NCBI GenBank assembly: GCA_934168355.1
Contig: CAKPNI010000001.1
Coordinates: forward strand, 3,886-67,885
Length of the DNA: 64,000 bases
Direction: 5' to 3'
From: an uncultured Clostridia bacterium
Lineage (GTDB): Bacteria; Bacillota; Clostridia; TANB77; CAG-508
Below the pieces are notes generated by a model that had not been told where the DNA came from, ran no database searches, and saw nothing but the letters and a program-made list of their open reading frames with translations. A program made the position numbers and the translations under genes. Positions 9,422 to 19,247 of the stretch are shown in pieces. How positions within the stretch are numbered: the first letter of the stretch is position 1; the number at the start of each line of letters is the position of its first letter.

Positions 9422-10906
9422 ATGGGTAAAATTTGTTTATCAAAATCAAAATATTGCAAAGCTATTCAATGTAACAAATTATTATGGCTAGACAAATATA
9501 AACCAGAAGTTGCAGTTCCAACTGCAAGAGATATGGTTTTAGAAAATGGAACAAAAGTAGGAGAACTTGCCAGAGGTCTATTTGGAGATTACATAAACAT
9601 TGACTTTAACAAAGATTTAAATGTTATGATTGAAGAAACCTTGAAATCATTAAAAAATAAACCCAATATAATTACAGAAGCTTCATTTAACTATGAAAAC
9701 AATTTTTGCAGTGTTGATATTCTAAAAAACGACGTAGATGGTATAGAAATATATGAAGTTAAAAGCTCGACATATATACATAATATCTATTTAGATGATG
9801 CATCATATCAATATTATGTACTAAGAAATTTAGGATTAAATGTAAAAAGTGTAAATATAGTCTATTTAAATAAGGAATATTATAGAAGCGGAGAATTAGA
9901 GATAAACAAATTATTCAACATAAAAAATATTACGGATATAGCAATACAAAAGCAAAATGAAATAAAAAATAAAATAGAAGAAGTCAATAAATACATGTTA
10001 GAAAATAATGAAAAAGAGCCTGAAAAAGACATTGATATTTATTGTTTTAAACCATACGAATGTCAATATTGGCCATATTGTAGTAGACATTTGCCAAAAA
10101 ATAATATATTTGACATTAGAATAATGCACAAGGACAAAAAGTTTGAACTTTATAAAAAAGGAATAATTAACTTTGAAGATGTAGCAAATGAGAATATCAA
10201 TCAAAAATACTTAGAACAAGTGATTTTTGAGTTAAATAATAAACCACCTAAAATAGAAAAAGAGAAAATAAAAGAATTTATGGGACAACTTACGTATCCA
10301 TTATATTTTTTAGATTTTGAAACATTTCAGCTGGCTATTCCGGAATTTGATGGAACAAACCCATATATGCAAATACCATTTCAGTATTCTCTTCATTATG
10401 TGGATGATATAAATGGAAAATTACATCATAAGGAATTTTTAGCAAAAAGCGGAATTGACCCAAGAAGAGAATTAGCAGAAAGGTTAGTAGAAGATATACC
10501 AAAAGATGTATGTGTACTTGCATACAATATGAGTTTTGAAAAAACAGTAATAAAGAAATTGGCAAATTATTACCAAGATTTGCATGATGATTTAATGAAA
10601 ATACATGATAATATAAAAGACCTAATGATACCTTTTTATAACAGAAATTATTATGTTAAAGAAATGAAGGGGTCATATTCGATAAAATATGTGTTACCAG
10701 CACTTTTTCCAGATGACCCAGAGCTAGATTATCACAATTTGCCGGTTGTTCATAATGGTGGAGAAGCATCTGATGCGTTTTTATCATTAGCGAGTTTGTC
10801 AAAAGAAGAACAAGAAAAAATAAGAGAAGGCTTATTAGTATATTGTAAATTAGATACTTTTGCAATGGTCAAAATTTGGGAAAAACTAAAGGAAGTCATA
10901 AGCTAA
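9422..10906 (+). CDS. DUF2779-family protein: N-terminal Cas4/RecB-like PD-(D/E)xK nuclease with Fe-S cysteines plus C-terminal FLDFET/PFQYS module
   Basis: N-terminal SKSKYCKAIQCNKLLWL and CFKPYECQYWPYC cysteine cluster. C-terminal FLDFETF...IPFQYSLH motifs characteristic of DUF2779. Confidence 0.7.
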   Translation: MGKICLSKSKYCKAIQCNKLLWLDKYKPEVAVPTARDMVLENGTKVGELARGLFGDYINIDFNKDLNVMIEETLKSLKNKPNIITEASFNYENNFCSVDILKNDVDGIEIYEVKSSTYIHNIYLDDASYQYYVLRNLGLNVKSVNIVYLNKEYYRSGELEINKLFNIKNITDIAIQKQNEIKNKIEEVNKYMLENNEKEPEKDIDIYCFKPYECQYWPYCSRHLPKNNIFDIRIMHKDKKFELYKKGIINFEDVANENINQKYLEQVIFELNNKPPKIEKEKIKEFMGQLTYPLYFLDFETFQLAIPEFDGTNPYMQIPFQYSLHYVDDINGKLHHKEFLAKSGIDPRRELAERLVEDIPKDVCVLAYNMSFEKTVIKKLANYYQDLHDDLMKIHDNIKDLMIPFYNRNYYVKEMKGSYSIKYVLPALFPDDPELDYHNLPVVHNGGEASDAFLSLASLSKEEQEKIREGLLVYCKLDTFAMVKIWEKLKEVIS

Positions 10907-10913
10907 AGGGAGA

Positions 10914-11915
10914 ATGAAAATGGATTTATATGAGAAAAATGGGAATATTTTATACATACTAAATGTATTAAAAAAATATAGTGATGAAGAACATATGCTT
11001 TCTGCTGCAGATATGCAAAGGAAAATCAAGAAGATATATGATGTTGAAATAGACACAAGAACAATAAGAAGAAATATTAACCTGCTAAAATATAAACTTG
11101 ATTATGATATAAGTACTAGAGAAGAAAATGGAAAAGGATATTATCTAAATAGAGACCCGGAAACAGACTTTGAACAGGGAGAAGTTAGAGCTATAATTGA
11201 TAATTTTAGTTATGCAAATTACATTGTTCCAAGTGTTGCAAAGCAAATTATAAAAAAATGTAAAAATATGCAAACTGTATATGAAAATGAAAAATTAAAA
11301 GATTACCAAATATATTCAGTAAATAGTAAAACAGAAAATGCAGAAGTAATAAAAAATATAGAAGATATTTCTAATAGTATTTATAATAACAATAAAATAA
11401 AATTTGAATATTGGAAATATGAAATAACAAATAAATTAGAAAAGAAAATAGTAAGCATACCAACTGTTTCGCCTTTTGCAATTGTATATAATAAACAGGA
11501 ATTTTATTTTATAGGGATAAAAGATGGACAAGATAAATTTTATCACTATAGATTAGATAGAATGAAAAATGTAAAAGAATTAAATGAAAAAATAACTATT
11601 AAAAAAACTAAAACTCAAATTAAAGAATTTGCAGAATCTACGGTAGAAATGTTTGGTGGACCAAAAGAAGAGATTGAGGCAATCTGTAACAGACTTCTTT
11701 TAAATTCTATATTTGACGTTTTTGGTAAAAATGTTACTATTGAAAAAATTTCGGGAGATGAAGAGAATATTAAATTAATAGTCGATTCAAATCCAATGGG
11801 CTTTAGGATGTGGGCTATGAGAAATATTGATATGGTTGAGGTAATTAAGCCTGAAAAACTAAGAAATGAAATGAAAGAAATTGTCCAAAAAGCAATGGAA
11901 AAATATAAGATATAA
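10914..11915 (+). CDS. WYL-domain transcriptional regulator (HTH plus WYL)
   Basis: N-terminal wHTH (ILYILNVLKKYSDEEHMLSAADM) and WYL signature FYHYRLDRMKNV. C-terminal WCTD-like region. Confidence 0.75.
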   Translation: MKMDLYEKNGNILYILNVLKKYSDEEHMLSAADMQRKIKKIYDVEIDTRTIRRNINLLKYKLDYDISTREENGKGYYLNRDPETDFEQGEVRAIIDNFSYANYIVPSVAKQIIKKCKNMQTVYENEKLKDYQIYSVNSKTENAEVIKNIEDISNSIYNNNKIKFEYWKYEITNKLEKKIVSIPTVSPFAIVYNKQEFYFIGIKDGQDKFYHYRLDRMKNVKELNEKITIKKTKTQIKEFAESTVEMFGGPKEEIEAICNRLLLNSIFDVFGKNVTIEKISGDEENIKLIVDSNPMGFRMWAMRNIDMVEVIKPEKLRNEMKEIVQKAMEKYKI

Positions 11916-11924
11916 TAATGCATT

Positions 11925-11939
11925 GTGTGACCATGTATA
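11925..11939 (+). repeat. 15-bp direct repeat GCATTGTGTGACCAT (copy 2)
   Basis: Identical to 8133-8147. Confidence 0.7.
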
Positions 11940-12035
11940 TTCAAATCTTCTTTATTTTAATGTATAATATGTGCATGAAATATGGGGGGAGTTTATATTA
12001 ATTAATACCCAAAATTTATTAAGGAGGAATATAAA

Positions 12036-13634
12036 TTGGTCAAAAAGTATCTATTAGATGCAGAAGATGAAGAAATAATAGAAGAGCTAGATGATTTGTG
12101 TGGAGTTGCGCAAAATAAAGAAGTGTTAAGAGATATAATACTTTATATAAAATTAAGGCAGAACAATGAATTGGACTTGGGAAATTACAATATAATTGTA
12201 AGAAATAGTTCATCTTATAATTTACTAAATGATTTACTAAAAGTTTGCGCAAAGGTTTTCCTAAAATATAATATCATAGAAAATGAAAAAATATGTTATT
12301 TTGATAAAATTGTAAATAATAGAAGAGACTGTTTATTTGATAGAATTGCCGGAATTGAAGATTCTATAATTGTTATTAATGATAGGAAATTAAGAATTAA
12401 TTATAATGATGAGCTAGAAAATTTAAATAGAATTATTAGGCAGTATAAAAACAAAATTTTTATATTTGAAGATTCTAATTTCTGTGAGGGAGAAACAGAT
12501 AGCGAACTTGGGGAAGTTGCAGCATTTAGAATGAAAATAAATAAAATTTCATTAGATGATAAAATTATGTATTGTAAAAATAAATTTGATGCACAAAATT
12601 TAAGGTACAAAAAACAAGATTTAAGGGCATATGCTGATGTTCCTTTTTGGATTTTGAAAAATATGGTTATAAAATTAATAATAGAATGCAAGAGTAAAAA
12701 ATTAGATTTTATAGATTCAAAAATGCTAAAAAATAATAAGAAATTTTATACTGATAAGAATGAACCTGAAAGAAGAAATGAAAGAAAAAACTCAAAACAA
12801 AAAATTACAGCAAATGAAGAACTAAATAATTTGATTGGTTTAGATGAAATAAAAAAGCAAGTAGAAAAAATACTTAATTATATAAAAATAAATAAAGAAA
12901 GAGGCCAAATGCCATCATTACATATGTGTTTTACAGGAAATCCGGGAACAGGAAAGACAAGTATTGCAAGAATTATAGGAAAGATATTTGAAGAGGAAAG
13001 CATATTAAGTGGTAGTGGAGATTTTGTGGAAATTCATGGTAGGGATTTGGTTGACAAATATGTTGGATGGACTGCCCAAAGGGTACATAATACAGTTGAA
13101 AAAGCTATTGGTGGAGTTTTATTTATTGATGAAGCATATAGTCTGGTAACAAATACAAGGGGAAGCTTTGAAGATGAAGCAATTGCAACATTAATAAAAG
13201 AAATGGAAGACCACAGAAACGAGGTTTGCATTATACTTGCAGGTTATACTAAAGAAATGAAAAATCTTATAAAACTTAATCCGGGATTTGAAAGCAGAAT
13301 TCAATTTACTATTAATTTTCCAAATTATAATGAAGAAGAGTTATTGGAAATTTTTAGTGGATTGTGCAAAAAAGAAAAATATAGGTTAGCTAGTAATTGC
13401 AAAGATATTTTAATTGATAATTTTAAAAAGGCTAAAAATCAAGAGAATTTTGGGAATGGTAGATATGCTAGAAATTTATTTGAAAAGGTGAAATTTGAAC
13501 AGGCTGATAGAATTGTTCAAACTAATAGTAAAGCTATAAATTCAATAGTTAAGAATGATATAGAAAAAGCTATTGATGGAATGGCAGTACATGAGGTAAA
13601 AAAGGTTAAGAAAATTGGTTTTGGTACAAATTAA
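12036..13634 (+). CDS. AAA+ ATPase, SpoVK/CbbX family, with about 280-aa N-terminal extension
   Basis: Walker A GNPGTGKTSIARIIG, Walker B VLFIDEAYSL. SpoVK-like C-terminal helical region. TTG start 8 nt after AAGGAGG. Confidence 0.8.
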   Translation: MVKKYLLDAEDEEIIEELDDLCGVAQNKEVLRDIILYIKLRQNNELDLGNYNIIVRNSSSYNLLNDLLKVCAKVFLKYNIIENEKICYFDKIVNNRRDCLFDRIAGIEDSIIVINDRKLRINYNDELENLNRIIRQYKNKIFIFEDSNFCEGETDSELGEVAAFRMKINKISLDDKIMYCKNKFDAQNLRYKKQDLRAYADVPFWILKNMVIKLIIECKSKKLDFIDSKMLKNNKKFYTDKNEPERRNERKNSKQKITANEELNNLIGLDEIKKQVEKILNYIKINKERGQMPSLHMCFTGNPGTGKTSIARIIGKIFEEESILSGSGDFVEIHGRDLVDKYVGWTAQRVHNTVEKAIGGVLFIDEAYSLVTNTRGSFEDEAIATLIKEMEDHRNEVCIILAGYTKEMKNLIKLNPGFESRIQFTINFPNYNEEELLEIFSGLCKKEKYRLASNCKDILIDNFKKAKNQENFGNGRYARNLFEKVKFEQADRIVQTNSKAINSIVKNDIEKAIDGMAVHEVKKVKKIGFGTN

Positions 13635-13744
13635 TTGGAAATATATTATTACTAGTTAATAAAAATAATTGTTTTTTGGAATAGAACCATATAAAGTGAA
13701 CCCAAATTATTAGAAAAAGTTTAATAATTTGAGTTCATTTTCAT

Positions 13745-15592
13745 TTAAATCTCAATTCTAGGACTATACTCTTCAAGCCACATATTTACCTGACACAAAT
13801 AGGCCATAAGTTGAGGTCCTGTCATCAACTGTCCAAACCAAGGACGAGTAAAAGCCTTGCCATCAGTATTCAAAATATCCAAAATAAAATCACGGTTAAG
13901 CAAATAATTAATAGGTCTAGAGCTATCTTTCATAATTTCAGTAAGCATACTCTTAACTGCTACCAAATAAGTAGGGTTAAAAGTCTTAGGATAAGGAGAT
14001 TTCTTTCTATCTACAATTTCATCAGGCAAAACACCTTTCATAATATGCCTTAAAAGGCCTTTTTCTCTGCCTTTATAAGCTTTCATTTCCCAAGGTACAT
14101 TATACATATACTGAGCTAACCTGTAATCGCAAAAAGGAACACGAACTTCAAAACCATTTGCCATACTCATTCTATCTGCACGTTCTAAAAGAGTTTGCAT
14201 AAACCATGTAATTGTAAGATAAGAAATTTTACGTTTTTCGGCAGTATCAAAAGAATCGGTATCTAAAATTTCAACATTAGATAAACTTTGATTATATCTA
14301 AAATCTATATAATCTGTTAAATTTACTTTACTTGAAATAGATGGATTTAAAAGTTTAGTTCTTTCAAGTTTTGCAATAGACCAAGGAAAAGTACCTGAAT
14401 TTAAACTATCTTCACGGAAAAACCATGGATATCCACCAAAAATTTCATCTGCACATTCTCCCATTAAAGTAACGGTTTTTTCCTTTTTTACTTCTTTACA
14501 AAATAGATATAAAGAAGAATCTACATCTGCCATTCCGGGCATATCACGAGTTATCATTGCTTCTTTTAAACTTGACGCAAGCTCAGGTGTATCTAACATT
14601 ACAGTATGATGTTTAGAGTAAGTTGATTTATTCATTAAATCTATATAATAATTATCTGAATTAGGCTGAAAATCAGATTTAACAAAGTTTTTATCATTAT
14701 CTACATAATCTACCGAATAAGTATCTAATGGTGCCATATCTTTTTTTTGCATATAATCAGAGGTAAATTTAGTAATTATGCTAGAGTCTAAACCTCCTGA
14801 TAAAAATGTACAAATAGGCATATCTGAAACCAATTGTCTTGAAATGGCATCTTTTAATAAAGAATCTAAATGATTACAAGTTTCATCAAAATCTTCCAAA
14901 TGACGTTTAGATTTTAGTTCCCAATATTGTTCAATATGAAGACCAGACTTGTTATATACTGCAAAATGGGCAGGTTTAATTTCATATACATTTTTATAAA
15001 TAGTAAAGCCGGGAGTATGGCTAGGGCCAATTCCAAACAATTCAGAAATTCCTTGAGAGTCAATAATTTTTTCAAAATTAGGATACTTAAAAATTGCTTT
15101 CAATTCAGAAGCAAATAGAAGTCCACCATCAAATTCAGTATAAAATAAAGGTTTAACTCCAAAATGGTCTCTTGCCATAAAAAGCTCCTGAGTCTTGGTG
15201 TTCCAAATAGCAAAACTAAAAATTCCATTTAAGTGGTTTACTACATCTTTACCATAATATATGTAGCTTTTTAAAAGAACTTCAGTATCACAATGACCAT
15301 AAAATGTAAAGCCATTTTCAGTTAAAGTTTTCCTTAGTTCTTTTGTATTATAAATTTGCCCATTATAAACAATCACATATTCACCTTGGTTAAAACGTTG
15401 AACCATAGGTTGTTTGCCACCTTCTGGGTCAATAACAATAAGTCTTTTATGACCAAGAGCAACATTATTATTTAGGTAAAGACCTTCTTCATCAGGTCCA
15501 CGATTACTTAACGATTGGGTCATAGTATTTATGACATTTTTCTTATTAGGTAATTCTTTTTTATAATTTACCAAACCAACAATTCCACACAT
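13745..15592 (-). CDS. asnB: Asparagine synthase (glutamine-hydrolysing)
   Basis: 615 aa, N-terminal MCGIVG Ntn-amidotransferase, synthetase domain SGGLDSS. Confidence 0.9.
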   Translation of the reverse strand: MCGIVGLVNYKKELPNKKNVINTMTQSLSNRGPDEEGLYLNNNVALGHKRLIVIDPEGGKQPMVQRFNQGEYVIVYNGQIYNTKELRKTLTENGFTFYGHCDTEVLLKSYIYYGKDVVNHLNGIFSFAIWNTKTQELFMARDHFGVKPLFYTEFDGGLLFASELKAIFKYPNFEKIIDSQGISELFGIGPSHTPGFTIYKNVYEIKPAHFAVYNKSGLHIEQYWELKSKRHLEDFDETCNHLDSLLKDAISRQLVSDMPICTFLSGGLDSSIITKFTSDYMQKKDMAPLDTYSVDYVDNDKNFVKSDFQPNSDNYYIDLMNKSTYSKHHTVMLDTPELASSLKEAMITRDMPGMADVDSSLYLFCKEVKKEKTVTLMGECADEIFGGYPWFFREDSLNSGTFPWSIAKLERTKLLNPSISSKVNLTDYIDFRYNQSLSNVEILDTDSFDTAEKRKISYLTITWFMQTLLERADRMSMANGFEVRVPFCDYRLAQYMYNVPWEMKAYKGREKGLLRHIMKGVLPDEIVDRKKSPYPKTFNPTYLVAVKSMLTEIMKDSSRPINYLLNRDFILDILNTDGKAFTRPWFGQLMTGPQLMAYLCQVNMWLEEYSPRIEI

Positions 15593-15682
15593 AAAACTTA
15601 TCCTTTCTATATAATAAAAATTTATTCAATACCAGTATATGAAAGGGTTTCAAAAAATGTGAAAATAAATTGGCTACAATAG

Positions 15683-15711
15683 TTGACAAATGCGAAAAAA
15701 AAATGTATAAT
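15683..15711 (+). promoter_or_regulatory. SigmaA promoter (TTGACA, 17 nt, TATAAT) upstream of rpmF
   Basis: Perfect consensus hexamers and spacing. Confidence 0.7.
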
Positions 15712-15782
15712 CTTATGGTATTGATAAAAGTGAAAATATGGTATAACACATATATATCGATTAACAAGAGGAGGGAATAAAA

Positions 15783-15971
15783 ATGGCACAACCAAAAAGA
15801 AGATGGTCAAAAGCTAGAACACATAGCAAAAGATCAACATGGAAATTAGAAACACCAAAATTTGCAAAATGTTCAAATTGTGGAGAACCAGTATTACCAC
15901 ACACATTATGTTCAAACTGTGGATACTATGATGGAAAACAAATCGTAGTAAAAAAAGATAATAATGAATAA
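15783..15971 (+). CDS. rpmF: 50S ribosomal protein L32
   Basis: 62 aa, MAQPKRRWSKARTHSKRS and CxxC...CxxC zinc ribbon. Confidence 0.9.
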   Translation: MAQPKRRWSKARTHSKRSTWKLETPKFAKCSNCGEPVLPHTLCSNCGYYDGKQIVVKKDNNE

Positions 15972-15998
15972 TTTAAATCCATCAGGGAGGAAAAATAA

Positions 15999-16247
15999 AT
16001 GCAAATAGTAAAAGGTATAGTTATAGGAATTTATTTTATAGTTTGTTTAGCTTTAGTAATCCTTGCAATGGTACAATCTAAAGAAGATGCAGGTTTGTCA
16101 TCTACAATAACTGGGACATCGGCTAATAACTTCTTTGAGAAAAATAAAGGAAATACCAAAGAAGGAAAACAGAAGAAGTGGACAGTTATTTTAGGTATTA
16201 TACTTGTAGTACTTTGCATTGTTTTAGGAGCTATATATTCAATTTAA
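15999..16247 (+). CDS. secG: Preprotein translocase subunit SecG-like small membrane protein
   Basis: 82 aa, two TM helices flanking a Gly/Ser-rich loop, similar in layout and sequence to Bacillus SecG. Confidence 0.6.
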   Translation: MQIVKGIVIGIYFIVCLALVILAMVQSKEDAGLSSTITGTSANNFFEKNKGNTKEGKQKKWTVILGIILVVLCIVLGAIYSI

Positions 16248-16399
16248 CAATGAGAATTAAAGAGTAGTTTGAAGGCTATTCTTTTTTTTGTTGGAAAAAA
16301 TTTGTTGAAAAAGTTTGTTATTTTTGATTATGGATTCTTTCCAAATCTTTCATTTGAAAAGTTCTTTAATATATGTTAACATAATTTCAAAGAACTAAA

Positions 16400-16693
16400 A
16401 TGAAAGGTCTTGATACTATGGACAAAATTAAAAATATAATAAAATTAAATTATTTAAAAGATTTATTAGCAAATTTAGACAAAACAGATTTAAAAATTAT
16501 GAAATATGGACTCAAGATATGTTTTGGCATTCTATTGTTTTCTGTAATGCTTTTATCATTTTATCTAACTGCTACTCATAATGTTTTCTTGTATGAGCTT
16601 GGAATCACTATTTTTAGAGTTAGTACATATATTGCGGTTGAATTTGTGGTTTGTGGAATTGTGGTGGATACGATAAAGAAGGGGACAACATAA
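16400..16693 (+). CDS. Hypothetical membrane protein
   Basis: 97 aa, two predicted TM helices. Confidence 0.4.
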   Translation: MKGLDTMDKIKNIIKLNYLKDLLANLDKTDLKIMKYGLKICFGILLFSVMLLSFYLTATHNVFLYELGITIFRVSTYIAVEFVVCGIVVDTIKKGTT

Positions 16694-16870
16694 TTCCGCA
16701 AATTTCGACAATAGTATAGACAAATGGATTAAATCTATAACATATAGGAAAAATAGGTTCATTTTTTATGCAAAAAAAGATGCAAAAAATGAACCTAAAA
16801 AGAAAAACGAAAAACTTGCATAATTATTACTATAGTGATAAAATTAGAAAAAAATTCAAGGAGGTAAAAA

Positions 16871-17875
16871 ATGGCAATATTATTACCAGGAGGAGCAGGA
16901 TATATAGGAAGTCATACTGCTGTAGAATTATTAAAACAAGGAAAAGATATAGTTATAGTAGACAATTTTTCAAATAGTAATCAAAAAGCGTTAGATGCAA
17001 TAAAAGAATTAACAGGAAAAGATTTTAAATTCTATGAAATAGACTATATGGATAGAGAAAAATTAGAAAAAGTTTTTGAGGAAAATGAAATAGAAGCGGT
17101 TATAAATTTTGCAGGATTTAAAGCTGTTGGAGAATCTGTAAGAGAACCACTAAAATATTATTATGATAATGTATCAGGAGCAATAATATTACTTCAAACA
17201 ATGGCAAAATATGGAGTAAAAGAATTTGTATTTAGCTCATCAGCTACAATATATGGAGAACAAAGTGAGCCAAGATATGTAGAAACAATGGAAAGAAAAA
17301 CAGCTTCAAGTCCTTATGGAACTACAAAAATAATGATAGAAAAAATATTAGAAGATTTATATGCTGCAGATAATAGTTGGAAAATATCAATACTTAGATA
17401 CTTTAACCCAGTTGGTGCACACGAATCTGGATTACTTGGAGAAAATCCAAATGGAATACCAAATAATTTAATGCCTTATGTTCAAAAAGTAGCAGTTGGA
17501 GAATTAAAAGAATTAACAATATTTGGAAATGATTACAACACAAAAGATGGAACTTGTGAAAGAGATTTCTTACATGTTGTAGATTTAGCTATTGGACATA
17601 TAAAAGCTTTAGAAAAGTTAGATACAGTTCAAAATGGAATTTATTACTATAATTTAGGAACAGGAAAACCAGTAAGTGTATTAGAACTAGTAAATGCATT
17701 TATGAAGGTCAATAATGTAGAAATACCATTCAAATTTGGACCAAGAAGAGCAGGAGATTTAGCAGCTTTTTGCGCTGACCCAACTAAAGCTGAAACAGAA
17801 TTAGGATGGAAGGCTCAAAGAACGATTGAAGATATGTGTAGAGATTCTTGGAATTATATACAGAAAAATAAATAA
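16871..17875 (+). CDS. galE: UDP-glucose 4-epimerase
   Basis: 334 aa, GGAGYIGSH Rossmann motif, SSSATIYG, YxxxK. Confidence 0.9.
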   Translation: MAILLPGGAGYIGSHTAVELLKQGKDIVIVDNFSNSNQKALDAIKELTGKDFKFYEIDYMDREKLEKVFEENEIEAVINFAGFKAVGESVREPLKYYYDNVSGAIILLQTMAKYGVKEFVFSSSATIYGEQSEPRYVETMERKTASSPYGTTKIMIEKILEDLYAADNSWKISILRYFNPVGAHESGLLGENPNGIPNNLMPYVQKVAVGELKELTIFGNDYNTKDGTCERDFLHVVDLAIGHIKALEKLDTVQNGIYYYNLGTGKPVSVLELVNAFMKVNNVEIPFKFGPRRAGDLAAFCADPTKAETELGWKAQRTIEDMCRDSWNYIQKNK

Positions 17876-17892
17876 TTTTTACTGAAAAAAGG

Positions 17893-18387
17893 ATGCGAAA
17901 AATGAATAAAAAAATAAATATATTAAGAGCAATATTAATTATATTACTTTTAATAATGTTTGGAACAATATTTAATTTTTCAAATCAAAATGGTGATAAA
18001 TCTGGAAGCTTAAGTAGAGAAGTTACAGAGAAAGTAACCCAGAATATAAATTCAATACAAAAACTAGAAAAAAGTGAGAAAGAAAAGGTTCTAAATAAAA
18101 TTGAACATCATATAAGAAAGTTAGCTCATTTCTCACTTTATTTCACGGTTGGAATTTTAGCAATGAGCCTAATGAGTACATTTGATTTGAAAAATATAAA
18201 AAGAGCAAGAATAAGCTTAGGAATAAGTGCTTTATATGCAGTAACAGATGAATTTCACCAGTTGTTTATTCAAGATAGGACATCGTCAGTTTTTGATGTT
18301 TTGATTGATTCTAGTGGGGCTTTAACAGGAATTATTTTAACATTTTTAGTTATTCGTTTAGCTAAAAAAATACTAAAGAAAAGTTAA
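17893..18387 (+). CDS. VanZ-family membrane protein
   Basis: 164 aa with VanZ-like motifs (HFSLYF, DEFHQLF..RTSSVFD). Confidence 0.7.
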   Translation: MRKMNKKINILRAILIILLLIMFGTIFNFSNQNGDKSGSLSREVTEKVTQNINSIQKLEKSEKEKVLNKIEHHIRKLAHFSLYFTVGILAMSLMSTFDLKNIKRARISLGISALYAVTDEFHQLFIQDRTSSVFDVLIDSSGALTGIILTFLVIRLAKKILKKS

Positions 18388-18519
18388 AATTATTATTTGA
18401 TATTGAAAAATTTATGTAAACTAACATAATTGCGTGAAATTTGTTGTGATGTGTCGAATTTTGTGCTATAATAAAAAAGACAATTTTGTGATTAGAAAAT
18501 TTATTGGGGGTAAATTTTG

Positions 18520-19242
18520 ATGAAAATTAAAACAGGTGATTTAGAATATGTTACAAATGTTGAAGCAACAACAGCTTTAGTGCCATACAAAGATGTTTCT
18601 ATATACAAAAGTAAAATAAAAAGAAAATTTGAAAGTATTGTAAAAAGAACAGTTGATATATTTGGCGGAATTGTTGGTGCAATTGCATTAATTCCATTAA
18701 CATTAATAATCTGGATTGCTAATTTTATTTCTGGCGATAGAGGACCTCTATTTTATTCACAGGAAAGAATTGGAAAAGATGGCAAAAAATTTAAAATGTA
18801 TAAGTTTCGTTCTATGGTTATAGGAGCAGACGAAAAATTAAAAAAATATTTAGAAGAAAATGAAGAAGCAAGATTAGAATATAAAAAATATAAGAAAATG
18901 AAAGACGATCCTAGAGTTACTAAAATAGGAAAATTTATTAGAAAAACAAGTTTAGACGAGTTTCCTCAATTTATAAATGTTCTTAAAGGAGATATGAGCT
19001 TGGTTGGACCAAGACCTTATTTGGAAAGAGAAAAAGAAGATATGACATATTTTTATAAGTACATAGTTTCTTGCAAACCTGGTGTTACAGGTCTTTGGCA
19101 AGTTAGTGGTAGAAGTAATGTTACTTTTGAGGATAGAATGAGAATGGATATGGAGTATTTTAGAAGGAATGGTTTACGAGTTGATGTGAAGATTTTAAGA
19201 AAAACGGTTGAAAAACTACTAAGAAAAGAAGGGGCTGTATAG
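18520..19242 (+). CDS. Undecaprenyl-phosphate sugar phosphotransferase (bacterial sugar transferase family); initiating enzyme of the polysaccharide locus
   Basis: Single TM plus Bac_transf domain (DEFPQFINVLKGDMSLVGPRP). Confidence 0.85.
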   Translation: MKIKTGDLEYVTNVEATTALVPYKDVSIYKSKIKRKFESIVKRTVDIFGGIVGAIALIPLTLIIWIANFISGDRGPLFYSQERIGKDGKKFKMYKFRSMVIGADEKLKKYLEENEEARLEYKKYKKMKDDPRVTKIGKFIRKTSLDEFPQFINVLKGDMSLVGPRPYLEREKEDMTYFYKYIVSCKPGVTGLWQVSGRSNVTFEDRMRMDMEYFRRNGLRVDVKILRKTVEKLLRKEGAV

Positions 19243-19247
19243 TATTT

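Noticed and set aside
13696-13740. Hairpin between the AAA+ ATPase gene and asnB as a bidirectional terminator
   Set aside because: Stem has a mismatch and lacks a clear U-tract on either strand. Left unannotated.
16768-16977. 69-aa Lys/Arg-rich ORF overlapping the galE start
   Set aside because: Overlaps the galE SD and start in another frame. Composition artefact of an A-rich region.
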